Assembly (NCBI RefSeq): GCF_004010195.1
Contig: NC_057759.1
Coordinates: 5,269,047-5,295,657, forward strand
Length of the DNA: 26,611 nt
Reading direction: 5' to 3'
DNA from: Chiloscyllium plagiosum
Taxonomy: Eukaryota
Made by a program: the position numbers and the translations under genes. Under the pieces are notes generated by a model. It saw nothing but the letters and a program-made list of their open reading frames with translations. It had not been told where the DNA came from and did not search any database. Shown here in pieces: positions 1 to 9,259 of this stretch (the stretch's first letter is position 1; every line of letters begins with the position of its first letter).

Positions 1-150
1 TTGGGATGTAGACTCAGGTCTGATATGGAGAGATTTTTCATCAGGATGGAGAATCGAAGGTCTTAGGGAAAAATGATCAGATTGGCCATGAACTCATCAA
101 ATGGCTGTGCAGAGTCGATGGGCTGAATGACCTACTGCTGATGCCATGCT
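1..150 (+). mobile_element. CR1 LINE 3' tail fragment
   Basis: gatcagattggccatgaactc..aaatggctgtgcagagtcgatgggctgaatgacctactgctg resembles the CR1 3'UTR stem-loop tails at ~13595-13660, ~18190-18259 and ~18780-18852. Confidence 0.7.
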
Positions 151-214
151 TTAACGTGAAGGCACAGGCTTTCATTTCTTCAGTGGTTATGCATAATACA
201 GCTCATTTGTTGAG

Positions 215-1327
215 ATCCCGTAGTAGGTTTTTGTACAAAATATGGAGTTTCTATATTGAAGGTGATTTACTGGTTTGGATCAGAAATTGGCTAGCTGAAA
301 GAAGGAGGGTGGTGGTTGATGGGATGTATTCATCCTGGAGCTCAGTTACCAGTAGTGTGCCATGAGGATCTGTTTTGGGGCCGCTGCTCTTTGTCATTTT
401 TATAAATGACCTGGATATGGGCATAGAAGGATGGGTTAGTAAATTTGTGGATGACAGTAAGGTAGGCAGAGTTGTGGATAGTGCCAAAGGATGTTGTGGT
501 TTACAGAGGGACATAAATAAGATGCAGAACTGGGCTGAATAGTGGCAAATGAAGTTTAACGCAGAAAAGTGTGAGTAGTTTATTTCAGAAGAAATAACAG
601 GAATGCAGAGTACTAGGCTAATGGTAAAATTCTTGTCAGTGTAGATGATCAGAGAGATCTCGGTGTCCAGGTGCCTAAATTCCTGAAAGTTGCCATCCAG
701 GTTTATAGGTTGTTAAGAAGATATGTGGTGTGTTGGCGTTTATTGGTAGGGGGATTGAGTTTTGGAGCCAGGAGGTCATGTTGCAGCTGTACAAGACACT
801 GGTAAGATCCCACTTGGAGTATTGCATACAGTTCTGGTCACTGCATTACAGGAAGGATGTGGAAGCTTTGGAAAGTGTTCAGAGGAGATTTAGTAGGATG
901 TTGCCTGGTTGGAAGGAAGGCTTTACGAGGACAGGCTGAGGGAACTGAGGCTGTTTTCGTTGGAGAGAAGGAGGTTAAGAGGTGACTTAATCGAGATTTA
1001 TAAGATAATCAGAGGGTTAGATAGGATGGACAGTGAGAGCCTTTTCCCTCAGATGAAGGCTAACACGAGGGGAAATAGCTTTAAATTGAGGGGTGATAGA
1101 TAAAGGACAGATATTAGGGGTAGATTCTTCACTCAGAGAGCAGTAGGGGCATAGAACACCGTCTGCAACAGCAGTAGACTCGCCGGCGTTAAGGGCATTT
1201 TTAATAGGCATTGGACATACATATGGTTAATAATTGGTTAGATGAGCATCAGCTTATTTTTGCAGGTCGGTGCAACATCGCGTGCCGAAGAGCCTGTACT
1301 ATGCTGTAACATTCTATGTTCTATGTA
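215..1327 (+). mobile_element. CR1 LINE, 5'-truncated, decayed ORF2 (RT C-terminal half) plus 3' tail
   Basis: Translates to WIRNWL..VTSSVP(*)GSVLGPLLF, KFVDDSK (FADD motif), LYKTLVRSHLEYCIQFWS, RRRLRGDLIEIYKI; ends in ttctatg repeats; stops and frameshifts present. Confidence 0.95.
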
Positions 1328-1329
1328 CT

Positions 1330-2130
1330 TGTTTGTGTCAGTACTTGAGTAAAAACGTGTGAATCTGTGTGCATGAGCGAGTGTGTGCATGCGTAAGTGT
1401 GGATGTGTGAACAGCAGTACGCTTGTGTGCGTGAGAATCTGCATTTGAGAGTGTACCGTGAGAGAGTGGAGTCCGTGTGTGTGCGCGCGTGAGAGAGTGG
1501 AGTGTGTGTGTTTGCGTCTGTGTGTGAGAGAGTAGAAGGTTATGGGTGTGCACGTTTTGTGAGAGAGTGTGTGCAAGAGTGTGGCTGTGTGTGTCTGAGA
1601 GGGAAAGACACAGACAGAGATGGAACAGGTACCGATCAAGAAAAGCAGAGAAAATGAGTGAGAGGGAGAGAGACAGGCAGCCAGAGACACAAGAAGGCTA
1701 AAGAAAGAGAGGGAAGCAGGGACAATGGTGGAGAGACAGAGCGCGAGAGCGAGAGCGAGAAAAAAAAATGGAGAGATAAACAGAAAAAAAAAGGTAGGGA
1801 GATCGAGGACCGGACGAGCGCGAGATAGACAGAGTCAGCAGGAGTCAGATGGAGGAAGAAGAGAGATGGTAATTAAGAGATCAGTTTTCGCAGAGAGAGA
1901 GATTATGAGTGAGAGGGATAGCAAGATACAGAGACAGATAGGATGGACAAAGAGCGAGTATGTGTGGGAGCAAGAAAAAAAAGGGGGAAACAGTTGGGAG
2001 ACCAAAAGAGAAAAAGGGAGAGGAGAGAGAAAATAGGGAGGTGGAGGGATGGGGAAGGGAGAGGGGACAGAGAGAGGGGGAGAGAGAGGAGGGAACACAG
2101 ACAGATTCAGAGAGAGACACAGGGAGTGAG
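1330..2130. repeat. Degenerate (GT)n/(GA)n microsatellite-rich low-complexity tract
   Basis: Dinucleotide and purine-rich composition; ORFs here are HT/RE/SL compositional artefacts. Confidence 0.9.
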
Positions 2131-2299
2131 ATGTTCTCAGGGCCTGTGTGTACTTCCCACTGTGAGCAGAGAGTGAATGTTGAATTTATTGAAAAAAACA
2201 GGAATAAAAAGGGCTGGGCCCTGCAATTAATGCAAGGCCCATCCAACAATGTCCATGCCCTGTGAAGTATATAAAAAGACACATCAATTGCTAATAACA

Positions 2300-2420
2300 T
2301 TCTGTTCAAAGCGTCCATTCAGCCCCTCAAGCCTCCTATACTCTTCAATAGAATCACGGTTGATTCTGTTTCTCAAAGCCATATTCCTCATTTTGTCTTC
2401 ATTCCACTTGGTTCTTTTCA
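2300..2420 (-). mobile_element. CR1 3' tail fragment
   Basis: ccattcagcccctcaagcct..ttcaatagaatcacggttgat is the reverse complement of the CR1 tail motif seen elsewhere in the window. Confidence 0.6.
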
Positions 2421-2424
2421 AAGC

Positions 2425-2550
2425 TGAGTGCGTGAGAAAGAGTGTGTGAGAGAGGGTGAGAGAAAGAGTATGCGAAAGAAAGAGAAAGAATGTGTAAGAG
2501 AAGACTGTGTGAGGGAGTATGTGTGCGTGTGTGCGAGTGAGAGAGTGAGC
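2425..2550. repeat. Degenerate (GA/GT)n microsatellite
   Basis: gagagagggtgagagaaag..gtgtgcgtgtgtgcgagtgagagagtgag. Confidence 0.8.
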
Positions 2551-2719
2551 ATTTGGCTGGGAAATGCCAGCACTCATGTGCACTGCTGTCTGTACAGAAT
2601 CTGGACAGGATTCTGCTTCTGTTCACATTCCCATTGTACATTGAGCTGAGGGCAGGCTGAAGGACAGATTTATCACTTGCACCAACCCCGAAATGGTGAT
2701 AAAACCTGGAGGTACATAC

Positions 2720-2750
2720 CGAGTAGTAGGAGAGCAGAGAAGATCTCCAT
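2720..2750 (-). CDS. Putative first coding segment (signal peptide MEIFSALLLL+) of an unidentified secreted or membrane host gene; exon 2858-2720
   Basis: Minus strand: branch-like CTGAC (~2891-2887), pyrimidine tract, CAG acceptor (2861-2859), 108-nt leader with in-frame upstream TGA, Kozak gtgATGG, ATG GAG ATC TTC TCT GCT CTC CTA CTA CTC G then GTATGT phase-1 donor; non-repetitive context. Confidence 0.6.
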
Positions 2751-2899
2751 CACACTGCCCTGTCTGATCCGGGTGTGTATTCAGTTAGTGACTCAGTCTG
2801 CTTGTCTGATCCTGCTGGTGGCTGGAGAGCAGGGGCGAAGTAGGCACAGCCAGAGAGTCTGAGAGAGATCGAGGTGGGAGACAGTTGTCAGTCACCCAG

Positions 2900-3325
2900 A
2901 ACTTCCTTCACCACAACTCCCTCCCTCTCCCCCACTCTCAATACTCATTACACTCCATTCCCCTTCCTGGTTATAAACCTCAGCCCTCAATGCGCTCAAC
3001 AATCCAGGCTCGACAGCCCTCTCTGGTAAAGAATTCCATACATTTACTCCTCTTGGAGAGAAGAAATTCCTCCTCACCAACTGCACAGAAGCCAGCTCAC
3101 TCCCCCCTGTACAATTCTTGGGGTGAAACTGGATTGGCCATTACTCCCCATCTCTGTTTCCAATCTGACCTATCCCATTGTCCTGAAACAGTGACCTCTC
3201 ATTCTAGATTGTCCACATGAGGAAACATCCGTTCTCTGTCTTCTTTGACAATCCCCCCTTTTGCGTCTTACATCCCTCAGTTAGATGTCCTCTCTTCCTT
3301 CACAACTCCAGACACTATAGGCCTA
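2900..3325 (-). mobile_element. Old CR1 ORF2 C-terminal fragment
   Basis: RRNFFSPRGVNVWNSLPERAVE matches the CR1 C-terminal FFxxRVVxxWNxLP motif. Confidence 0.85.
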
Positions 3326-3460
3326 ATGCATGTCCTATGCCATTTTCTTTTTCAAGACCAGGGCCTCGATAATTCTCATCTTTCACGGAGCCCTACTGCG
3401 GCCAGGAACGTGCCCTGAAGCCTCATTAACTCCAAAGGATTCCTAGTCCATTCATTCATC

Positions 3461-5043
3461 GGAAGATTTGGCAGATGAATGCATGGCTGCAGACTGATGC
3501 ATGGGGCAGGAATTCTGACTCTTGGATGATTGAAGTAGCAGTGACATGTACAAGAAGGATAGATTATATCTAAGCTGCAGGGGGACCAATATTTTGTGTA
3601 AGTGTGTTCAGGAAGAATTTCTCACGCAGTGTATAGATGACTCAACTAGAGAACGGGCAAACTTAACCTCCTCTTAGGAAATAAGGCAAGGCAAGCCTTG
3701 GAAGTGTTAATGAGGGACCACCTTGGCACCAGTGACAAAAATTCCATTAATTTTCCAATAGCTCTGGAAAAGGAAGGGTCCACAAGTTAACGTTCTAAAT
3801 TGGGGCAAGACCAAATATGATGGTCTTAGACAGGAACTTTCAAGAGTTGATTCAAGGAGGCTGTTTGCAGGCAAAGGGACGTGTAGTAAATGGAAGGCTT
3901 TCAGAGGTGAGTTAATGAGGGTTCAAGGACAGAATATTCCTGTCAGCGGTAGAGTACTTTGGATGCCCAGAGCTATAGAGGCCCTGGTCTTGAAAAAGAA
4001 GGCATATGACATGTATAAGCAGCTGCCAACCAGTGAATTCCTTGAAGAGTACAGAAGCTATCAGAGTATGCTTAAGAGAGAAATCAGGAGCACAGAAAGG
4101 GGACATGAGATGGCATTAACAGATAAGGTAAAGGAGAATCCAAAGATATTCTACATGTACATGAAGGAAAAAGAGTAACAAGGGAGAGAATGGGGTCTCT
4201 TAAAAATAAATAAGGTCATCTGCAGGCAGAGCAACAAAAGATGGGTGAGATTGTAAATGAAACTTTCTTGTCAGTATTTTCCATGGTGAAAGTTATGGAG
4301 TCCAGGAAACTTGGGAAAATAAATTGTGATGTCTTGAAGGGTGTCCATATTACACAGGAGGAGCTGGAGGAATTCTTAAAATGTATCAAGATAAGTAAAA
4401 TCCCGGGACCTGATGGAGTGTGTCCCACAATTTTTTTGGAAGGCTAGGAAGGAAATTATGGTGACCCACAAAATTTGGCTAATGATGTGACATTATTTAA
4501 GAAAGGTTGCAGGGAAATGCCTGCAAACTACAGACCGGTGAGACTAATGGCTGTGATGGCTAAGTTGTCAGAGGGGATTCTGAGAAACAGAATCTATAGG
4601 CATTTGGAAAGGTAAGTATTCATGTGGAGTAGTAAGCATGGCTTTGTGCAAGGGAAACTGTATGTCATGAATTTGTTTGAGCTTTTTTGAAGGAGTGACC
4701 AAGAAAGTAGATTAGGGATAGATGTCGTGATAGATATTGTTTACATGGACTTCAGCAAGGTCTTTGACAAAGTACTGCATGTTAGATTGTTGAGTAAGGT
4801 TAAATCTCAAGTGGTCCAGACAGAGCCAACCCATTGGATACAGAATTGTCTTAACGGTAGAAGATGGAGAGTAGTGGTAGAGGGCTGTGTTTCAGAATGG
4901 AGGCCTGTGACCACCTATGTGCCACGGGAATTGATGTTGTGTCCACTATTATTCATCATATCCATAAATGGTTTGGATGAGAAAATAGGATGTATAGTTA
5001 GTCAGTTTCCAGATGACACCAAGATAGGTGGGAGAGAACTGTG
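3461..5043 (+). mobile_element. CR1 LINE with internal deletions: ORF1 C-terminus joined to ORF2 (late endonuclease to RT)
   Basis: 3461-3595 reads MNAWLQ..DMYKKDRLYLSCRGTNIL (cf. ORF1 end at ~26100-26240), then KCVQEEFL, KENPKIFY, PGPDG, NYRPV, DIVYMDFSKVFDKV, FPDDTKIGG. Confidence 0.9.
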
Positions 5044-6844
5044 AAAAGCGTTATCTAGGAATCTCACTTAGAGGAGTCTTGTGTCTGGCCCTGGCATTCC
5101 TTGTGCGATTTCACCATTCACCTCCCTGGGTCAGGAATATGAGATTTAACTTGGTGCAGAGTCTTCTCCCCATTAGCAATTCAACTGGAGCTGTCCCTTT
5201 AGCTGCAATGACAGGTAGTTTAATCATCAAATGGAAGCCGATACAGTTTAGTATCATGTGAAATTGCAGGCTATTTCTATAAGCCTGCCTTCTAAGTTTA
5301 GATTGCTCTTTCTGTCAGACATTTGGACGATGACTGCTATGCAGCTGTCCTTACATGCCAAATACCATTCGACTCTAGGAAATACTCAAATTCCTTGCTG
5401 GTAAATGATGGCCTATTGTCCATGACTAACACGTCCAGGAATCTGTGTGCTGCAAATGATGCTCGCAACTTGTCAATTGTAATCCTGGTGTTTGACGAAT
5501 TAATTCTCTTCATGTGCAGCCACTTTGAATGGGTGTCCACAATGACAAAAAAACATACAAAGCGCCCATGAAAGGACAGGCATCATCGGCAAGTAACCGA
5601 GTCCAGGGTTTACCCGATCATTCCCATGAATGGCAGTAATTTTTGTTCTTGTTGACACTCTGAGCACAGCCACACTGATGTAGCAATGTCAGCATTCAAT
5701 CCTGGCCAACAGACAGAACTTCTCACCAACATCTTCATTGTGTGAGCCCCTGGTGGAGTTCAGCCAATATCTGGGAGGGGAGACTCAGTCTTGCTCCCCA
5801 TAATAGTATTCTGTCCTCTCCGGTGATCTGGTCTTGCCGTGTCCAGAACCATTTCAATTCCTGTTGTGATGGCCCTTTTGTTTTGCCATCGCCACCAGCT
5901 GTTTCAGTTTTGCCAGAATGGAACCTTTATGTGTCCACAGTCCTCAGCAGTGATCAGAAGGGTGACCAGAAAGTTAAAATCCAGGGCAGTTTCTTCCAAG
6001 GGAGACACTGCCAGTGGTGTATCCACCAGAGAGATATTCCTCAAGGCACCCACAGTACCATTTGGCTTCCCAGACAATGTTCCGACTTGTAACTGCATAC
6101 TCAGAATAAGAGCTCACCACTGAACTTGACCTGAGTCTGTGGGCGGCATGGTCCTGTCCTCATTAAGTAACTCTGGCAGGAGTTCATGATCCATTACTAC
6201 CACAAATTTAGATCTGCAAAAGGTACTGATGGAACTTTCTCACACCAAAGATAACTACTATCTGGGTGTATCAGCCAATGTCTGGGAAGCGCATGCTAGC
6301 AGGCGTTCCTCTCTGCTGGATTCACCAGTAACCCAACACTATCCCTGATACCGTACAGGGATGCATCGCATGTCAGCACCACATCTAGCTTATGATCATA
6401 GTGTGCCACACCTTAGATAACAATAGTGTTTTTATTTTCACTTCCCTAAAGGCAACATCTTCACCATCAGGCCATTTCCTAAGCTGATCCTTTTTCTATA
6501 GCAAACATAAGGATGCTTAGACAGAGGCAAGGTGATATTTGAATTTTCTGTAATATCAACACAGGGAAAGACCTATGCTCTGGTACAGGTGTGAGAGCCA
6601 AGCACCTTTGATCTCCCTCACATCATCTTCCACTGGACCTAACTCAATCTTGTTGATGCTGTAGTGCAAGTAGGTCACTTGTGGTGCCTGGAACACTAAT
6701 TTTTCCTTCCAAAGGCAGACCCAGTAGGTCCAAGATCTGTAAATCAACGAGGTAAAAACAATGACTGCAGATGCTGGAAACCAGATTCTGGATTAGTGGT
6801 GCTGGAAGAGCACAGCAGTTCAGGCAGCATCCAAGGAGCTTTGA

Positions 6845-6880
6845 AATCGACGTTTCAGGCAAAAGCCCTTCATCAGGAAT
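6845..6880 (-). ncRNA. Minimal hammerhead ribozyme motif (PLE)
   Basis: ATTC-CTGATGA-A-GGGC-TTTT-GCCT-GAAAC-GTC-GATT: intact CUGANGA/GAAA/UH core, helix II, palindromic helix III. Confidence 0.8.
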
Positions 6881-7019
6881 AAAGGCAGTGAGCCTGGAGC
6901 GTGGAGAGATAATGTGGAGGAGGGTGAGGGTGGGGAGAAAGTAGCATAGAGTACAATGGGTGAGTGGGAGAGGGGATGAAGGTGATAGGTCAGGGAGGAA
7001 AGGGTGGAGTGGATAGGTG

Positions 7020-7358
7020 NNNNNNNNNNNNNNNNNNNNNNNNNNNNNNNNNNNNNNNNNNNNNNNNNNNNNNNNNNNNNNNNNNNNNNNNNNNNNNNNN
7101 NNNNNNNNNNNNNNNNNNNNNNNNNNNNNNNNNNNNNNNNNNNNNNNNNNNNNNNNNNNNNNNNNNNNNNNNNNNNNNNNNNNNNNNNNNNNNNNNNNNN
7201 NNNNNNNNNNNNNNNNNNNNNNNNNNNNNNNNNNNNNNNNNNNNNNNNNNNNNNNNNNNNNNNNNNNNNNNNNNNNNNNNNNNNNNNNNNNNNNNNNNNN
7301 NNNNNNNNNNNNNNNNNNNNNNNNNNNNNNNNNNNNNNNNNNNNNNNNNNNNNNNNNN
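7020..7358. other. Assembly gap (339 N)
   Basis: Run of N; lies where the PLE GIY-YIG domain would be expected. Confidence 1.
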
Positions 7359-8940
7359 TGGGTTGTAGGGGGGCGTGGACCTGACCAGGTAGTCACGGAG
7401 GGAACGGTCTTTGCGGAAGGCGGAAAGGGGTGGGGAGGTAAATGTTCATTATTGGTCTTCCCACTTATTAGCAAATCATGCAGATAAATGGAGACCTTGG
7501 GTAGATCTTGCAAACTGTTTTCCATTATGTTCTGGAAAAAGACTTGGGTTAAGGTTACCCCAAAAGGCCATCTCATATACTGATACAAAGCCTTATAGGT
7601 ATTAGTTGTAGCATAATTAGGGAATCCTAATCTAACCGCAACTGCATGTATTCATGGTTGATGTCCAGCTTCGTCAAGAACAACCCCAGCAAACACCCGC
7701 CCACCCCAGCTAGTTTTGCATATGAATCCTCCAGGCAAGGGATTAATTGTTCTGAGACTTCTCTGAAAAGTTTTCAGGTATTTAATTAGGACTTCGCTCC
7801 GGCAGCCATTTTCTAATCAAAATATGTTTAGCCAATCAAGTTGAATCTTTCTCACCCAATTCCACCCCACCGTAAACTTTTGCTACAGTAGTAACTCAAC
7901 CAGCAACTTCTCATAAGGGACCAGAACTGAAGTTGTACCCTTAAACAGTAGGCGTTCCCCAGTATAGGTTCTCAGCCTGGCCGAGATCTTCCACAAACTT
8001 TGGTAAAAATTGGGTCCACAATCAATGATACAGCCACATGACAGCGACCTCCATTAGACCTGTGTGACTATTTAATGAGACATTTATTTTGGTTGGTTCA
8101 GGTTTGGATGTGAATCAGCAATTTAATTGTTCTAAACCAGCTGCAGGTGGACTTTCAAAAGGTGTGTACACTCCTGGATACTGGACTATGAGTTCTCTAA
8201 GTGGGACCATTTTGCTGTCTCAATGTTGTGTGCCAGCAGAAATTAAAAGGGCCAGTCAGCCTGGATCCTTGAGAAAATTCTAACCATTTAGTCATGGCTT
8301 TGTTTAAGTTTTTGCTGTGGGTAGACTGAAGGGGTCTTCTGCTTCAAATAGGTCCTGAGTGTGGCTGTCCAATTGCTCTCACTCAAGCCATGTTCATTAA
8401 GGTCAGTCAGCCTGGCGAGGGTACCCACTTCAGTTGGCATACTCTGTAAATCAAAAGCTGCACATGCTGCATTTTCTAATGATAAAGCCAATTGTGGTGC
8501 CAGTTTGAAATCTAGTTGGACTTCAGTGAGTAGGTGCTTTTGCATGGTCACATCATTAATCCCACATACTAATCACCTCTCAGCATCTCACAAGGGTTAA
8601 TCCAAAATCACATGCCTCTGCCAGTGTCTCAGTGTCTCAGAATTAGTGGAGGCTGTGGTCATCATGTTGCTTAGCTAAATCTGTCAACTCATGAAAGGAT
8701 TGAGTATCTGCTGCCTCCTGGAAAGTTAGGTACCTAATGACCAAAAGAGCTGTGGTCCACACTGTCGGGAGAATTACTTATTGCTCTTCATCTGCCCCAA
8801 TTTCATCATATCCACATACTGTGCTCAGTCTTTGGCAGGAACTAACAAATCAAGCTTCCCAAATAGCGGTTTGATGCCAGAAATGTTTACACTAATTCAA
8901 AGTCAACTATAAAGTGAATCACTTCAGGGGTATGCTTTTC

Positions 8941-8951
8941 CCTTATCACCA
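8941..8951 (-). promoter_or_regulatory. Primer binding site, probably tRNA-Ser(GCT), CpG-decayed
   Basis: TGGTGATAAGG 1 nt after the LTR-terminal CA; differs from TGGCGACGAGG (complement of the tRNA-Ser GCT 3' end) only at CpG positions. Confidence 0.65.
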
Positions 8952-8952
8952 C

Positions 8953-9190
8953 TGAAATAACTGCATGAAGACTGGTATCCTATCACCAAGTCACTCTTTA
9001 CTGACACATGGATAGTATACAGCACTGAACCAGCTAGCACTGAGCCACCTCCCAAAGTGAACAGAAGCTCTGATATTCCTGTTTATATCTGTCATCCAAG
9101 TCTCCCTAACTGGACCAAACTAAGAGCCCAATCAGGGAACTCAGATTCTATGAGGTCCACCTGGCTGACCTTCTTCCAAACATTATAAGA
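8953..9190 (-). repeat. 5' LTR of the Gypsy element
   Basis: Minus strand runs TCTTATAATG (TG decayed) to TATTTCA; internal TATAAA (~9089-9084) and AGTAAA; followed directly by a PBS-like sequence and gag. Confidence 0.7.
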
Positions 9191-9259
9191 GATGTCTATG
9201 AAAACACAACAAGGAGAATCTCCCTGGCTAAATACTGTCAGATTTCGAAGTACATGTTT

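Larger units (their letters stand above)
6745..7437 (-). mobile_element. Penelope-like element (PLE) 3' fragment inserted in Gypsy RT, with 6-bp TSD
   Basis: TSD GTAAAT at 6739-6744 and 7438-7443; removal restores GKTNNEHLQILD; minus strand SPPLSAFRKDRSLRDYLVRS (PLE RT-to-GIY-YIG linker); hammerhead-containing terminus. Confidence 0.88.
5045..9190 (-). mobile_element. Decayed Ty3/Gypsy LTR retrotransposon (5' LTR-PBS-gag-PR-RT-RH-IN), 3' truncated, interrupted by a Penelope-like insertion
   Basis: Minus strand: gag HLVCGIND/LLTEVQLDFKLA..ALSLE; RT PFGV..IYLHDLLISG (YLDD remnant); RNase H CDAS; IN DTHSKW..VMDNRPSFTSKEFEYFLESNGI.H; Gypsy domain order. Confidence 0.92.

Noticed and set aside
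2216..2240. Imperfect palindrome GGGCCCTGCAATTAATGCAAGGCCC
   Set aside because: Short, isolated, no TSD or second copy; compatible with chance
1238..2649. Many 70-150 aa ORFs on both strands
   Set aside because: Products of GT/GA microsatellite composition with no domain signal
2550..2660. Possible next exon just after the signal-peptide exon (acceptors at 2657 and 2646)
   Set aside because: Introns would be only 63-74 nt and both phase-1 readings hit stops quickly
6644..7588. 314-aa and overlapping ORFs
   Set aside because: Open only because of the 339-N gap; chimeras of Gypsy RT and PLE sequence
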